This document shows positions 40,224-49,848 of a stretch of 64,000 nucleotides of DNA, one piece after another. How positions within the stretch are numbered: position 1 is the stretch's first letter; each line of letters starts with the position of its first letter. The notes beneath the pieces were generated by a model. That model searched no databases. It was not told where the DNA came from and saw nothing but the letters and a program-made list of their open reading frames with translations. The translations under genes and the position numbers were made by a program. This DNA comes from Acidilobaceae archaeon. Its GTDB lineage: Archaea; Thermoproteota; Thermoprotei_A; Sulfolobales; Acidilobaceae. The stretch lies in assembly GCA_038824665.1 (NCBI GenBank), contig JAWBBK010000001.1, forward strand, positions 95,358 to 159,357, in the 5' to 3' direction.

Positions 40224-40970
40224 TCAGTCAGTTAGTTCATATATTTTACTCGGATTGAGCATGAGTTCTGTTCCTATTAGAAAAGCCTTTGCTCCTGCCC
40301 TCTTTAGGTATTCTATATCTTTTCTATTCTTTATACCGCTTTCTGCCACCTTAGTTGCGGTATTGGGTATTTTTTCAAGAACTTTATACGCTTTTGAGAG
40401 GTCTATTTCTAATGTCGCTAGATTTCTTGAGTTTACACCGACCATTGGAAAGCCCATACTAATCACGTGTTCAGCTTCATCTTCATCGTGGACCTCTATG
40501 AGAGCTTCTAGTTTAAAGCTTCTTGCCGTTTCATATAACATATCTAGTTCTCTATCAGTAAGTATCGACGCTATTAATAAGATGGCGTCGGCACCTATAT
40601 TGTATGCTGTTTCCACTTGGTTATAAGATACAACTATATCTTTCATCAATATAGGCAAATCAGTTATGGATGCTATAGATATGAGATTGTTATAAGAACC
40701 TCCGAAGTAAAGCTCTTCAGTAAGCACACTGATCCCTACGGCGCGTTTTTCTACAAGCTTCACATAATCTATAGGGTCTCTGATTACGTTCAGTCCTGAG
40801 GGCGACTTAGTTTTGAACTCAGCTATTATCGCTATGCGACCTCTGCTATATATCTCTTCTATTTTGTCTCTAAGGCTATGAAAACCACGAGACCTACTCA
40901 TTCTGATAGCTGGTCTTATACTATTATACTTAATAACCTCTTCGAGCCATCCTTTAACGTTTTTTGGCAT
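40224..40970 (-). CDS. trpC: Indole-3-glycerol phosphate synthase
   Basis: IAEFKTKSPSG motif, TIM-barrel size, operon context. Confidence 0.88.
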   Translation of the reverse strand: MPKNVKGWLEEVIKYNSIRPAIRMSRSRGFHSLRDKIEEIYSRGRIAIIAEFKTKSPSGLNVIRDPIDYVKLVEKRAVGISVLTEELYFGGSYNNLISIASITDLPILMKDIVVSYNQVETAYNIGADAILLIASILTDRELDMLYETARSFKLEALIEVHDEDEAEHVISMGFPMVGVNSRNLATLEIDLSKAYKVLEKIPNTATKVAESGIKNRKDIEYLKRAGAKAFLIGTELMLNPSKIYELTD

Positions 40971-40974
40971 AGAG

Positions 40975-41559
40975 CTACACCATATCTACGAAGTTCTTCA
41001 GCATTTGCTTACCGTACTCTGTACCCACACTTTCTGGATGAAATTGAAGACCATATATTGGGTATTTTATATGATGTACAGCCATGATCTCACCGTCACT
41101 TAAAGAGATAGCGTCTATAGCGAGCTCTTCAGGTACGTTATCTATAACTAAGCTATGGTATCTGGTTGCTCTAATTATCTTTGGTATATCTTTGAATAGA
41201 GCATTTTCGTTTAGTATCTTTATAGTGTCTATTTTTCCATGCATAATCGTCCTAGCTCTTCTTATCCTCGCTCCAAATGCGTAACCTATTACTTGATGTC
41301 CGAGACATATACCAAGAATAGGTATAGATTTGCCGTATCTCTTTACAACGTCTAGAGATATACCTATATCTTCTTTCTTCTCAGGAGTTCCAGGACCTGA
41401 TGAGATTATTATTTTATCTGGATCTATCCTATCTATAGCTGACAGAGATATTTCATCGTTTCTCACAACAACAGCTGTAGCGCCTAGCTCGCTGACTATT
41501 TGAACTACATTGTACACGAAGCTATCGTAATTGTCTATTATGAGAATAAGCTCTGACAT
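40975..41559 (-). CDS. trpG: Anthranilate synthase component II (glutamine amidotransferase)
   Basis: IDNYDSF, GICLGHQ catalytic Cys, HPES. Confidence 0.9.
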   Translation of the reverse strand: MSELILIIDNYDSFVYNVVQIVSELGATAVVVRNDEISLSAIDRIDPDKIIISSGPGTPEKKEDIGISLDVVKRYGKSIPILGICLGHQVIGYAFGARIRRARTIMHGKIDTIKILNENALFKDIPKIIRATRYHSLVIDNVPEELAIDAISLSDGEIMAVHHIKYPIYGLQFHPESVGTEYGKQMLKNFVDMV

Positions 41560-42836
41560 TATCGTCCCCCGATAATGCCTAGAGCTGCCTTTAACGCAGC
41601 AAGTTTATGTTCAGTTTCTTCATATTCCATTCTAGGCTTGGAGTCGTAGACTATACCTGCTCCAGCTTGTATTCTTATAAGGTCTTCGTATATGAAGGCA
41701 GACCTAATGGCTATAGCCATTATTGCTTCACCAGAGGATGTAAAGAACCCCGTAGCTCCAGCATAAGGTCCTCTTTTGTATTCTTCTAACTCTTCTATTA
41801 ACCTCATTGCAAAAGGCTTTGGAGCACCGCTTACAGTTCCTGCGGGTAACAATGCTTTCACTAAATCTATAACGTCATATTTCCTCTTCACAACGCCTAT
41901 AACTTTCGATACCAGGTGTTGTACATGACTGTACTTCTCTATATACATAAGCTTCTCGACCTTTATTGTACCAGGTACACATACTTTCCCGAGATCGTTT
42001 CTAGCGAGGTCTACAAGCATTAGGTGTTCAGCTCTATCCTTTTCAGATTTAAGAAGCTCTTCTTCAAGAACTCTATCTTCTTCAACAGTTCTTCCTCTAG
42101 GTCTTGTTCCAGCTATTGGATAGGTCTCAACAATCCCATTTCTATATGAGTAGAGAAGTTCAGGACTCGCACCCAATATGATTCTGTTACCGAATTTTAA
42201 GAAGTATGTGTAGGGTGACGGATTTATCTCTCTAAGATTTAGGTAAAGGTCAGCGACGTCACCTGTATACGTGAATCTCTGAAACCTCGATAAAACAGCT
42301 TGAAAAACATAACCGCTTTTGATGTACTCGAGAGTCTCTTCAACGACTTCTTCAAACCTTTTGCCGTCTAGAGAAGAATCATAAAACTCAGCTCTCACAT
42401 TTTCTCTTCTACTATGTCTATCTTTACACTTTTCTAGCTGTTGACCTTCTCCATCGATATAGATAAACCCTCTGTTGTAATCGTATACAGCTACGTTCGC
42501 AGGCTCAAAAAACTCTACATAATTCCACTTCTCTGGGTAAGGGCGAAGGTCCGGTATCTTCTCCCACAACCTTACAGCATCGTATCCAATGTACCCTATA
42601 AGAGTTACATCTAGAGGATACATATAGTTACGTATTTCAGCTTTCTTTAAACTTGCTCTGAGTTCGTCGAGAACGCCCTCATGACTTCCTTTCACAAGGT
42701 TTTTAGCTCCCCATGCAACAACGCTATAGCTTCTTCGAGCTAAGTCTTCGTATACAGCAAAAACCTCTTCCTCTTCATTAATACATTTTATAACGTCTTC
42801 AATCTTGGGCATATGCTTTATGTTTATTTTCTCCAT
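41559..42836 (-). CDS. trpE: Anthranilate synthase component I
   Basis: [16 protein letters not shown] and GAGIVYDS motifs. Confidence 0.9.
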   Translation of the reverse strand: MEKINIKHMPKIEDVIKCINEEEEVFAVYEDLARRSYSVVAWGAKNLVKGSHEGVLDELRASLKKAEIRNYMYPLDVTLIGYIGYDAVRLWEKIPDLRPYPEKWNYVEFFEPANVAVYDYNRGFIYIDGEGQQLEKCKDRHSRRENVRAEFYDSSLDGKRFEEVVEETLEYIKSGYVFQAVLSRFQRFTYTGDVADLYLNLREINPSPYTYFLKFGNRIILGASPELLYSYRNGIVETYPIAGTRPRGRTVEEDRVLEEELLKSEKDRAEHLMLVDLARNDLGKVCVPGTIKVEKLMYIEKYSHVQHLVSKVIGVVKRKYDVIDLVKALLPAGTVSGAPKPFAMRLIEELEEYKRGPYAGATGFFTSSGEAIMAIAIRSAFIYEDLIRIQAGAGIVYDSKPRMEYEETEHKLAALKAALGIIGGR

Positions 42837-43423
42837 GTGTATACAACCTCCTTGAGCTTTCTAATCTTTTGTATGTCTTTCTTCCTGGGGTGGATCTCGA
42901 CACCACTGGAGACATCTATCCATCTAGGTTCTAGCTCTAGGAATTCATGTACATTTTCTAAAGTGATGCCTCCAGCTACTCCAGCATCCTTATGGTAATC
43001 TAGAAGAACTTTAAGCACCTTAGGATCACTAGGCACGCCTCTTATTGGTGAATCAAATAACACTAGACTGAAGTATTTTTGCACTTTCTTCAGATAATCT
43101 AGATAATGTAGCGATGCAGGCACATACACTATGAACTTCTTTGTATAGTACGTTGACAAAGTCTCAATCTCCTCGTCTTTCAAGACTCTATGGATCTGCA
43201 CATAATCTGCAGAACTGTTGACTAACGTTTCAATAGCTCCATGTACCTTAACGCTAACTAGAGGCGTTGAGACTATACTCTTCAGCTTAGTTACAAACTC
43301 TTCAGGAGCATATCTAGGGCTTACAGGATCCGTTACGATGCCTATGAAGTCTACACCTATTTTGTCTATTTCTAAAGCGTCGTCTAGATTAGCTACACCA
43401 CATATTTTCAACATTATTCTCAT
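42824..43423 (-). CDS. trpF: Phosphoribosylanthranilate isomerase
   Basis: MLKICGV N-terminus, ~200-aa TIM barrel, operon context. Confidence 0.85.
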   Translation of the reverse strand: MRIMLKICGVANLDDALEIDKIGVDFIGIVTDPVSPRYAPEEFVTKLKSIVSTPLVSVKVHGAIETLVNSSADYVQIHRVLKDEEIETLSTYYTKKFIVYVPASLHYLDYLKKVQKYFSLVLFDSPIRGVPSDPKVLKVLLDYHKDAGVAGGITLENVHEFLELEPRWIDVSSGVEIHPRKKDIQKIRKLKEVVYTWRK

Positions 43424-44454
43424 AGAATTCTCACCAACAAGGATCTGAACTTATCGATATCGCCATTAGTTTGAACTAACATTTCCATTCTGTCTATCAG
43501 CTTCGGCAGAAGACTCTCGGCATACTCAAATCCGTCCTTAAAGCTCTTAACGATATCGGCTACATATAGCGCTAAAGCTGTATTCATTCCTATAAATGTT
43601 TTAGCATCTCTATCTAGTCCTCTAGCGGCTCTCAAGATTCTGATCGCAGAATCTTCAACGCTAGATGCCGTGAGTTGCGTTATAGGTATTCTCTTTACTC
43701 CAAAGTCCTCCGGCTGTAATGTATAGTATTCAATTTTGGATCTCTTGACTTCATATACATGCGTTAGACCTGAGGGGCTCGCCTCATCAATACCAGGCTC
43801 ACCATGTACAACGAGTACTTTCTCGAAATCTAGGCGAGCGGCAGCTTCAGCTATAATAGGAGCAAAAGATTTTGAAAAAACGCCGACAACCTGTCTTTTT
43901 GTTCCTGCAGGGTTCGTTAAAGGACCTAATATATTGAATATTGTTCTTATTCCTAACGTCTTCCGTATTGGTGCGACTCTCTTCATGGCTGGATGATATA
44001 GAGGCGCAAATAGGAATACAAAACCAGTTTTACTTATTAGTTCAATAGCTTTATCAGGCTCTATTTCTATCCTATAACCAAGAAATTCTAAGACGTCTGC
44101 TGAACCGCTTTTACCGCTTACAGCTCTGTTTCCGTGCTTAGCGACTGGATAGACAATTGATGTGAGTACTGCCGAAGCTGTACTGACATTTAGTGTTCCG
44201 ATACCATCTCCACCCGTTCCAACAATATCTATAGCGTAGCTACAAGGTATTTTCAGAGACTTCATCCTCATAGCTTTAGCGAAACCGACTATTTCATCAA
44301 CAGATTCTCCTCGAATCCTTAAAGCTACGAGAATAGCTGAGATAACGACTTCCGGTATCTCTCCGTCCATAATGCTTAGCGCTATAGACATAGAATCTTC
44401 TTCGCTAAGTCTTTCTCCATTAACTAATTTGTTCAGTATTGCTCTATAGTCCAT
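43420..44454 (-). CDS. trpD: Anthranilate phosphoribosyltransferase
   Basis: VGTGGDG, KHGNRA and NILGPLTNP motifs. Confidence 0.92.
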   Translation of the reverse strand: MDYRAILNKLVNGERLSEEDSMSIALSIMDGEIPEVVISAILVALRIRGESVDEIVGFAKAMRMKSLKIPCSYAIDIVGTGGDGIGTLNVSTASAVLTSIVYPVAKHGNRAVSGKSGSADVLEFLGYRIEIEPDKAIELISKTGFVFLFAPLYHPAMKRVAPIRKTLGIRTIFNILGPLTNPAGTKRQVVGVFSKSFAPIIAEAAARLDFEKVLVVHGEPGIDEASPSGLTHVYEVKRSKIEYYTLQPEDFGVKRIPITQLTASSVEDSAIRILRAARGLDRDAKTFIGMNTALALYVADIVKSFKDGFEYAESLLPKLIDRMEMLVQTNGDIDKFRSLLVRIL

Positions 44455-45175
44455 CTAACGCACCCCTAGCGATTTTGACGATTCTTAACGCCTGATCTAA
44501 TCTACCGCTTTCTAGAGCTTCGACGATAGCTGTACCGATAGCGATACCGTCAGCGCCGGCTTCCATGACCTTAGCTATATCGTTTATCGATAAACCGAAC
44601 CCAACAACAAGGGTATTACTGACGAGCTTTCTAACTCTTTTCACTAAGACGACAGGGTCTATAGGTATCGGTATGCCTGTAGCCGGTCTTAAGCCATAAT
44701 ATAGGAACGGCTGACTCAGTGGAGACACTTCAGCTATGAGTTTATCAGGCATAGAAGGGGATACGAACAAAGTTGCTTTCAGTCCACAGTTCTCAATCTC
44801 TTTGATTATGTCTCGATATCTCTCGAAGTAATCTATGAGCAGATCTGGAAAGAGGACGTAATCTATGTCAAGCATGTGTAGGTTTTCAATAAACGCTCTT
44901 AGATTCTTTATGTGGTCATCGAGATATGTCAAAACCGCTAGAGGGGCATCTATGCTTTTTCGAGTAGCTTTGAGCACTTCCCATATATCTACACCAGAAC
45001 TCTTAACGTAGTCATAACTTCTCCGTATTACCGGACCATCGTATTTAGCGAATCTAGGTGGGACTCCTAACTCAAAGAAATCGGTTCCCATGTCTCTTGC
45101 TTCTTTTAAGAATGATAAGAACTTATCTACAGATGGAAATCCCAAGGTGTTATAGACTACGAGATATTTACCCAT
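44444..45175 (-). CDS. trpA: Tryptophan synthase alpha chain
   Basis: FELGVP and VGFGLS motifs, operon context. Confidence 0.85.
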   Translation of the reverse strand: MGKYLVVYNTLGFPSVDKFLSFLKEARDMGTDFFELGVPPRFAKYDGPVIRRSYDYVKSSGVDIWEVLKATRKSIDAPLAVLTYLDDHIKNLRAFIENLHMLDIDYVLFPDLLIDYFERYRDIIKEIENCGLKATLFVSPSMPDKLIAEVSPLSQPFLYYGLRPATGIPIPIDPVVLVKRVRKLVSNTLVVGFGLSINDIAKVMEAGADGIAIGTAIVEALESGRLDQALRIVKIARGALDGL

Positions 45176-45197
45176 GTGCCCACCTCTAGGCGTTTTA

Positions 45198-46493
45198 TTA
45201 AGTCAACTCCTTTCCATATCTGATCATCATAGATCTGTAATTCTCTATGTCTAGCAGTCCGTGACCGCTCATATTGAATAATATAACTGATTTCTCATTT
45301 CTCTTCTTTGCCTCTAAGGCAATATCTATAACTATCTTGACGGCATGAGCAGATTCCGGTGCGGGCACTATTCCTTGTGTTTCTGCAAAAACCCTGGCTG
45401 CTCTATAGACATCTTTTTCGCTGACTTCAGCATATTCGACGATTCCTTCTTTAGCTAGCAGGCTTAAGCTTGGCGCCAACCCGTGATATCTTAATCCACC
45501 AGAATAGATAGGTGGCGGTATGAAATCTTTGCCTAACGTGATCATTTTAAGGAGAGGCAGGGTTCCTGCAGCGTCTGGATAATCGTAAGTGTATATACCT
45601 TTGCTAAACTTAGGTACTTCTGCTGAAGCTACGGCAATAAATTTCTTGTTTTTGTTTCTAAGCCCTATATACGGATAAGCTAGCCCACCAAAATTGCTTC
45701 CGCCACCCACACAAGCTACAATTATGTCAGGCTCTTCACCTATAATCTCCATTTGCTTAATGCTCTCCAAACCTATAACGGTTTGGTGAAGTAGAACTAC
45801 ATCTAGAACGCTACCTATAACATATTTGTATTCATGACTAAGCGCATACTCTATAGCTTCGCTTATAGCTATTCCAAGAGACCCAGGATTCTCGGGATCT
45901 TTGCTAAGTATCTCTCTACCGAAGTTCGTTAATTTTGATGGACTGGGAACCACTTCTGCTCCATAGAACTCCATGAGAGCTCTTCTAGCAGGCTTATGAT
46001 CATAACTAACTCTAACCATAAATATAGTCGATCCAATTCTATACAGAGATGCAGCTAATGCAACAGCAGAACCCCATTGACCTGCACCAGTTTCTGTCAC
46101 GACTCTTTCAATACCTTCAATGTAAGCATAATACACCTGCGGTATGGCCGTATTGATCTTGTGGGAACCTGTAGGCAGAACTCCCTCATATTTAAAGTAT
46201 ATTTTGGCTGGAGTATTTAGATATCGCTCTAACCCTATAGCTCTATAAAGAGGTGTAGGTCTACCGACAACTCTATATTTCTCTAAAACGTCTTCAGGGA
46301 TCTTCACATATCGCTCGATTGTAAACTGTTGCTTTAAAACCTCTTTGGGCACGATTTTTTGAAGTAGCTCTATTCGAGAAGAACCATCTTCTGGATCCAT
46401 TGGCGGTGGTAACGGTTTAGACAGATCCGGTATAATGTTATACCAGTAGCTAGGTAGGATTTCATCTAGATGCTTTTTAGGTATATCTACCAT
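45198..46493 (-). CDS. trpB: Tryptophan synthase beta chain, long TrpB2-type
   Basis: TGSHKINTA (PLP Lys) and VGGGSN motifs. 431 aa, with the N-terminal extension [11 protein letters not shown] typical of the TrpB2 subgroup. Confidence 0.88.
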   Translation of the reverse strand: MVDIPKKHLDEILPSYWYNIIPDLSKPLPPPMDPEDGSSRIELLQKIVPKEVLKQQFTIERYVKIPEDVLEKYRVVGRPTPLYRAIGLERYLNTPAKIYFKYEGVLPTGSHKINTAIPQVYYAYIEGIERVVTETGAGQWGSAVALAASLYRIGSTIFMVRVSYDHKPARRALMEFYGAEVVPSPSKLTNFGREILSKDPENPGSLGIAISEAIEYALSHEYKYVIGSVLDVVLLHQTVIGLESIKQMEIIGEEPDIIVACVGGGSNFGGLAYPYIGLRNKNKKFIAVASAEVPKFSKGIYTYDYPDAAGTLPLLKMITLGKDFIPPPIYSGGLRYHGLAPSLSLLAKEGIVEYAEVSEKDVYRAARVFAETQGIVPAPESAHAVKIVIDIALEAKKRNEKSVILFNMSGHGLLDIENYRSMMIRYGKELT

Positions 46494-47047
46494 TGGCTCA
46501 TATCAATCCCCGGCCACAGTTTCCCATATTTTTCCCACCTATTAAACTTTGCGCACAATTTGATATGGATAATTGGGTATTTAGTCTAAGAGGTTACTGT
46601 TTAGCGCCTTTTGTTAGTGTTTCTCTACAGATATAATGTAGCCTAATAGGTCCAAGTCTAACGCTTAACTATGAGGAGTCTCCATATCTACATGGATTTC
46701 AGAGGTGTGCGAAGAGTTCAACAGTGCTACCTCTATCGGTCTTTCTACATTTCAAAGGTCATATCGCTCTGCTAGATCATATATCGATAAGGAGAAGATT
46801 TCGGTTCTGGACGTTTCTCCTAACGGAACTTTGTGGAAGCACGCTTTCTTAGAAAACTTCCCATAATACACAGCTGTGGGTTGAGTTCCTAGCTGAGGGG
46901 TTGTTTCAAACTCTGTGGAGCCATCACGATGGCTCTAGACAGGAACTTGTCGGTTTAGCAGTCTTAATAGGTTTCTCACGGTCCATAGACCCGAAAAACG
47001 TCGAAAGCGTCTAAAGAGACTAGGAGTACAGAAGAGGTAGTTATTAA

Positions 47048-47278
47048 ATGAAGCAAAAACAGAAGAAGCCAAAGGACCAGCTGTTCATTATTCTTATAAT
47101 GTTAAAGGTAGCTTTGACGCTGGTTTTAGCGGTTGCAGGAACTCTCCTAGCTGTACTCGGCAGTGAGGTAAGGTCCTCAGTTTTGATCGTAGTTGGCTTT
47201 ATCATCATCGCTTTTTCTCCTGTTCTATCATACGTGCTTATTCACATGATTTTGGTCAAGAGGCTTTATGGTTTGTGA
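47048..47278 (+). CDS. Small membrane protein (2 TM)
   Basis: 76-aa ORF with a Lys-rich N-terminus followed by two hydrophobic helices. Confidence 0.4.
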   Translation: MKQKQKKPKDQLFIILIMLKVALTLVLAVAGTLLAVLGSEVRSSVLIVVGFIIIAFSPVLSYVLIHMILVKRLYGL

Positions 47279-47292
47279 GGAGAGAATAGACG

Positions 47293-47349
47293 GGACGCGG
47301 GGAGCGCGGCTCCAAAGCCCCGCATCCTGGGCCGCTAGACGACCCGGCT
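47293..47349 (-). tRNA. Split tRNA-Gln(UUG), 5' half (positions 1-37) plus 3' trailer
   Basis: The minus strand from 47349 reads AGCCGGG-UC-GUCU-AGCGGCCCA-GGAU-G-CGGGG-CUUUGG, then the trailer A-GCCGC-GCU-CCCCGCGUCC. No T arm or 3' acceptor strand follows. The trailer is complementary to the leader at 52176-52192. Confidence 0.85.
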
Positions 47350-47375
47350 ACCGATTCTAGACCGCTTCTAGGACG

Positions 47376-47383
47376 CTTAAAAG
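47376..47383 (-). promoter_or_regulatory. TATA-like box upstream of the tRNA-Gln 5' half
   Basis: The minus strand reads CTTTTAAG, located 27-34 nt upstream of tRNA position 1. The region is shared with the divergent 47440 gene. Confidence 0.35.
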
Positions 47384-47439
47384 CTTGAAGTTTAAAAGAC
47401 GATCTAGAACACGAGAGCTGAAAAAGAGGTACATAGGTC

Positions 47440-48405
47440 TTGAAGAAAGTAGAGTTCGTGAGAAGAGTACAGCTTTTGGGTAAGTCTACCTATGCTGTGA
47501 CCCTACCTAAAGAATGGGCTAGACTTCACGGACTTACGAGAGGCTCAAAGGTATTTATGGAGGTCATGTCTGACGGGAGTCTGAGGATTAAGCTCGCTCC
47601 GTTATTGCATGAGTATAGAGCCAGCAGATACATAAAGTTCTCTTCGAACGAAGAAGCAGACCAGGTATTCTTTGAGGTCGCTTCTGCTCTAATATCGGGT
47701 TACGACTTTGTGATCGTATCATTCAATGAACTAACGTCTAGCTATATCAAAGCCTTTTGTGACAAACTGTCTCGTCTAGTTCCAGGACTTCAGGTCGAAC
47801 AGGAAGGTTTTGAGGTTAAGATCTCAACTTTAGGAGAGAGGAGTTCAAGAACTCTCGAAACACGTGTATCGTTAGTTGTAAAGCTCTTAGCTGAGGCTTT
47901 GAAGTCTCCAGACAAGCTGTCCTTAGCTGTGCTGGCTTTTAGTGACTTCAGGAAGACAGTAATAGAGTATGAGCTTCACAAAAGGTCTAGCCTTATATCA
48001 GGCGTTCATGAACTTCCGCTCGTGAGTCTACGTAGCCTCTCCGTTATTCTTCATCAAATCAAAGACTTGACAGTTGCGTATAGAACTCTCAGGCTTGTTG
48101 CCGAAAGTCCCAAAACAGAAAGAAAGGCTTTGGATTCGATAGAAGTGGTTGGAAGTCTGCTAGCAGATCTCTTTTGGTCAATAATAAAGGTCTTCAATAA
48201 CCCTTCTGAAGAAACGTACAGAGGAGTTCTGAGAGCGTACTCAAAATTGGTCAAAGAGATTGAGAAGTCGCGAGAGTTCTGTAGCGAAGAGATCAAAGCT
48301 CATCTCGAGAACATTCTCGTAGGTTTAGAGGATTTAATGCTAGAACTAGGAATTTATGTCTCAGTTTTAAAGATTGCGAGCGCTAGTTTTGAAGACACTT
48401 CTTAA
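47440..48405 (+). CDS. AbrB/SpoVT-domain DNA-binding protein with PhoU-like helical C-terminal domain
   Basis: The N-terminus VQLLGKSTYAVTLPKEWARLHGLTRGSKVFMEV is a swapped-hairpin AbrB-type motif, followed by a long helical region. TTG start. Confidence 0.6.
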   Translation: MKKVEFVRRVQLLGKSTYAVTLPKEWARLHGLTRGSKVFMEVMSDGSLRIKLAPLLHEYRASRYIKFSSNEEADQVFFEVASALISGYDFVIVSFNELTSSYIKAFCDKLSRLVPGLQVEQEGFEVKISTLGERSSRTLETRVSLVVKLLAEALKSPDKLSLAVLAFSDFRKTVIEYELHKRSSLISGVHELPLVSLRSLSVILHQIKDLTVAYRTLRLVAESPKTERKALDSIEVVGSLLADLFWSIIKVFNNPSEETYRGVLRAYSKLVKEIEKSREFCSEEIKAHLENILVGLEDLMLELGIYVSVLKIASASFEDTS

Positions 48406-48452
48406 TTTAATCACTTCTTAACTCAATGTTGGGGTCTTCAGACTAACGATTT

Positions 48453-49844
48453 TCAATGAAAATCTACCACCTTTATTATGTCGGAATTCTCTAACCTTTC
48501 CGCCTTCAAGTATCTATACGATACCTCTCTGAGGTCTTGGTTATTTCCATGGATCATTACGGTGTGGAGCCTTGCGTTCGCTTTAGAGAGAGCGCTTTTT
48601 ACGACGTTTACATTGATTTTATCCTCTCCATCTGAGATCAAAATGATATCGCTAACTCCTTTAGTTTCTCTACCTTTAACTATATCGTTGCAGGCGATAA
48701 GTACGGCTCTCATTATATCGGTACCGCCTCCGGCAGTTACTTTGGCCAAGCTGAGAAGAGCTCTGACCACCTCAGAGGCGTAAGGGTTGCTTTTCACTTT
48801 AGTCAGTTCGTAAGGAACGGAGTCAAAATATCTTGCGTAAAAAGCTCTAGACTCTCCAATAGCTCTTTTAAGTAGAGCTACAGCTACAGCTCGAGCCCAG
48901 TCTATCTTCTCTCCCACCATGCTTCCACTTTTATCTAACAGGACATAGATGGGACCTCTCGATACCTCTTCATGTTTTGAGTACAAAAGCAGTCTCGATT
49001 CAGCAAACGCGATCATAAAGTACGTTGAAGGTAACGCTAGTTGAGAGTAGTGCAGTCTCTCGAGGTCGCTACCTATTTCTATTCCTTCAGCCCAACCTTT
49101 CCTAAATCTGATTTTCTTTCCCTTAACGCCGGGGATGTCCAGACCTTCTATTCTCTCTAATATCTTAGCTATGTCCGTTAGTCTCGCTAATTTAAGCACC
49201 TCTTCTGCTGAATCTTCAAAGCTAAGAACGGATCCCGTACCGGCCAGTTTGGAGAGAAGTTCTGATTTAATCTTCTTGGCGGTTTCGGTATCTCTTAGAG
49301 CCTGGTCTAAAGCTTCGTTTAATACATCCTCCAGACTATCTAGAGCGTCTCCTTCTCCGTCGCTTTTCAAACCAGAGCGGTCTTTTGACGAATTTTTTTC
49401 GTCACTCTCATTTTCGCTTGAGTCTTTTCTTCCAAATCCTTTCTCGCTTAGAAAGTGAACGAGTTTATCAAGTATTGAGGCAGCGGCTACAGTACTGACT
49501 AGGCTGTCAGCAACAGTATAGACTCTTATACGGTGTAGTTTGGGATTTTTCAGCAATTGGGCAATTATGTTATATCTTTCTATATATTCATCATCATGTT
49601 CCTCATTCTCTTCACTTTCCTCTAACATTGGAATCGGTAGGTTAAGAACGTAAAAGAGGTCTGTAGCTAGCTCAGGTCTGAGGAGACCGCGTCCTTCAAT
49701 AGCGTTCTCTTTGGGTGAGAGATCTCCACGAAGAGTGTTCCTGAGTTCAATAACTGTACGAATTACTCTCTCTCCTCTATACATCTTCAGCTCGTCTAGA
49801 ACTCCTACACCCATTACAGTGCTTTTCTTAAACCTCAATGACAA
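48453..49844 (-). CDS. von Willebrand factor A (VWA) domain protein
   Basis: C-terminal VWA domain with the MIDAS motif LLDKSGSM and GGGTD, plus an acidic linker. Immediately downstream of the MoxR-like ATPase. Confidence 0.75.
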   Translation of the reverse strand: MSLRFKKSTVMGVGVLDELKMYRGERVIRTVIELRNTLRGDLSPKENAIEGRGLLRPELATDLFYVLNLPIPMLEESEENEEHDDEYIERYNIIAQLLKNPKLHRIRVYTVADSLVSTVAAASILDKLVHFLSEKGFGRKDSSENESDEKNSSKDRSGLKSDGEGDALDSLEDVLNEALDQALRDTETAKKIKSELLSKLAGTGSVLSFEDSAEEVLKLARLTDIAKILERIEGLDIPGVKGKKIRFRKGWAEGIEIGSDLERLHYSQLALPSTYFMIAFAESRLLLYSKHEEVSRGPIYVLLDKSGSMVGEKIDWARAVAVALLKRAIGESRAFYARYFDSVPYELTKVKSNPYASEVVRALLSLAKVTAGGGTDIMRAVLIACNDIVKGRETKGVSDIILISDGEDKINVNVVKSALSKANARLHTVMIHGNNQDLREVSYRYLKAERLENSDIIKVVDFH

Positions 49845-49848
49845 CCCC

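Noticed and set aside
47293-47330. Reading the 5' half as a cis-folded anticodon arm, CGGGG-CUUUGGA-[GCCGCGCU]-CCCCG, with a tiny 8-nt insertion
   Set aside because: No variable loop, T arm or 3' acceptor strand follows on that strand. The same CCCCG is part of a 10-nt stretch perfectly complementary to the leader at 52176-52185, and the trans pairing gives a canonical BHB.
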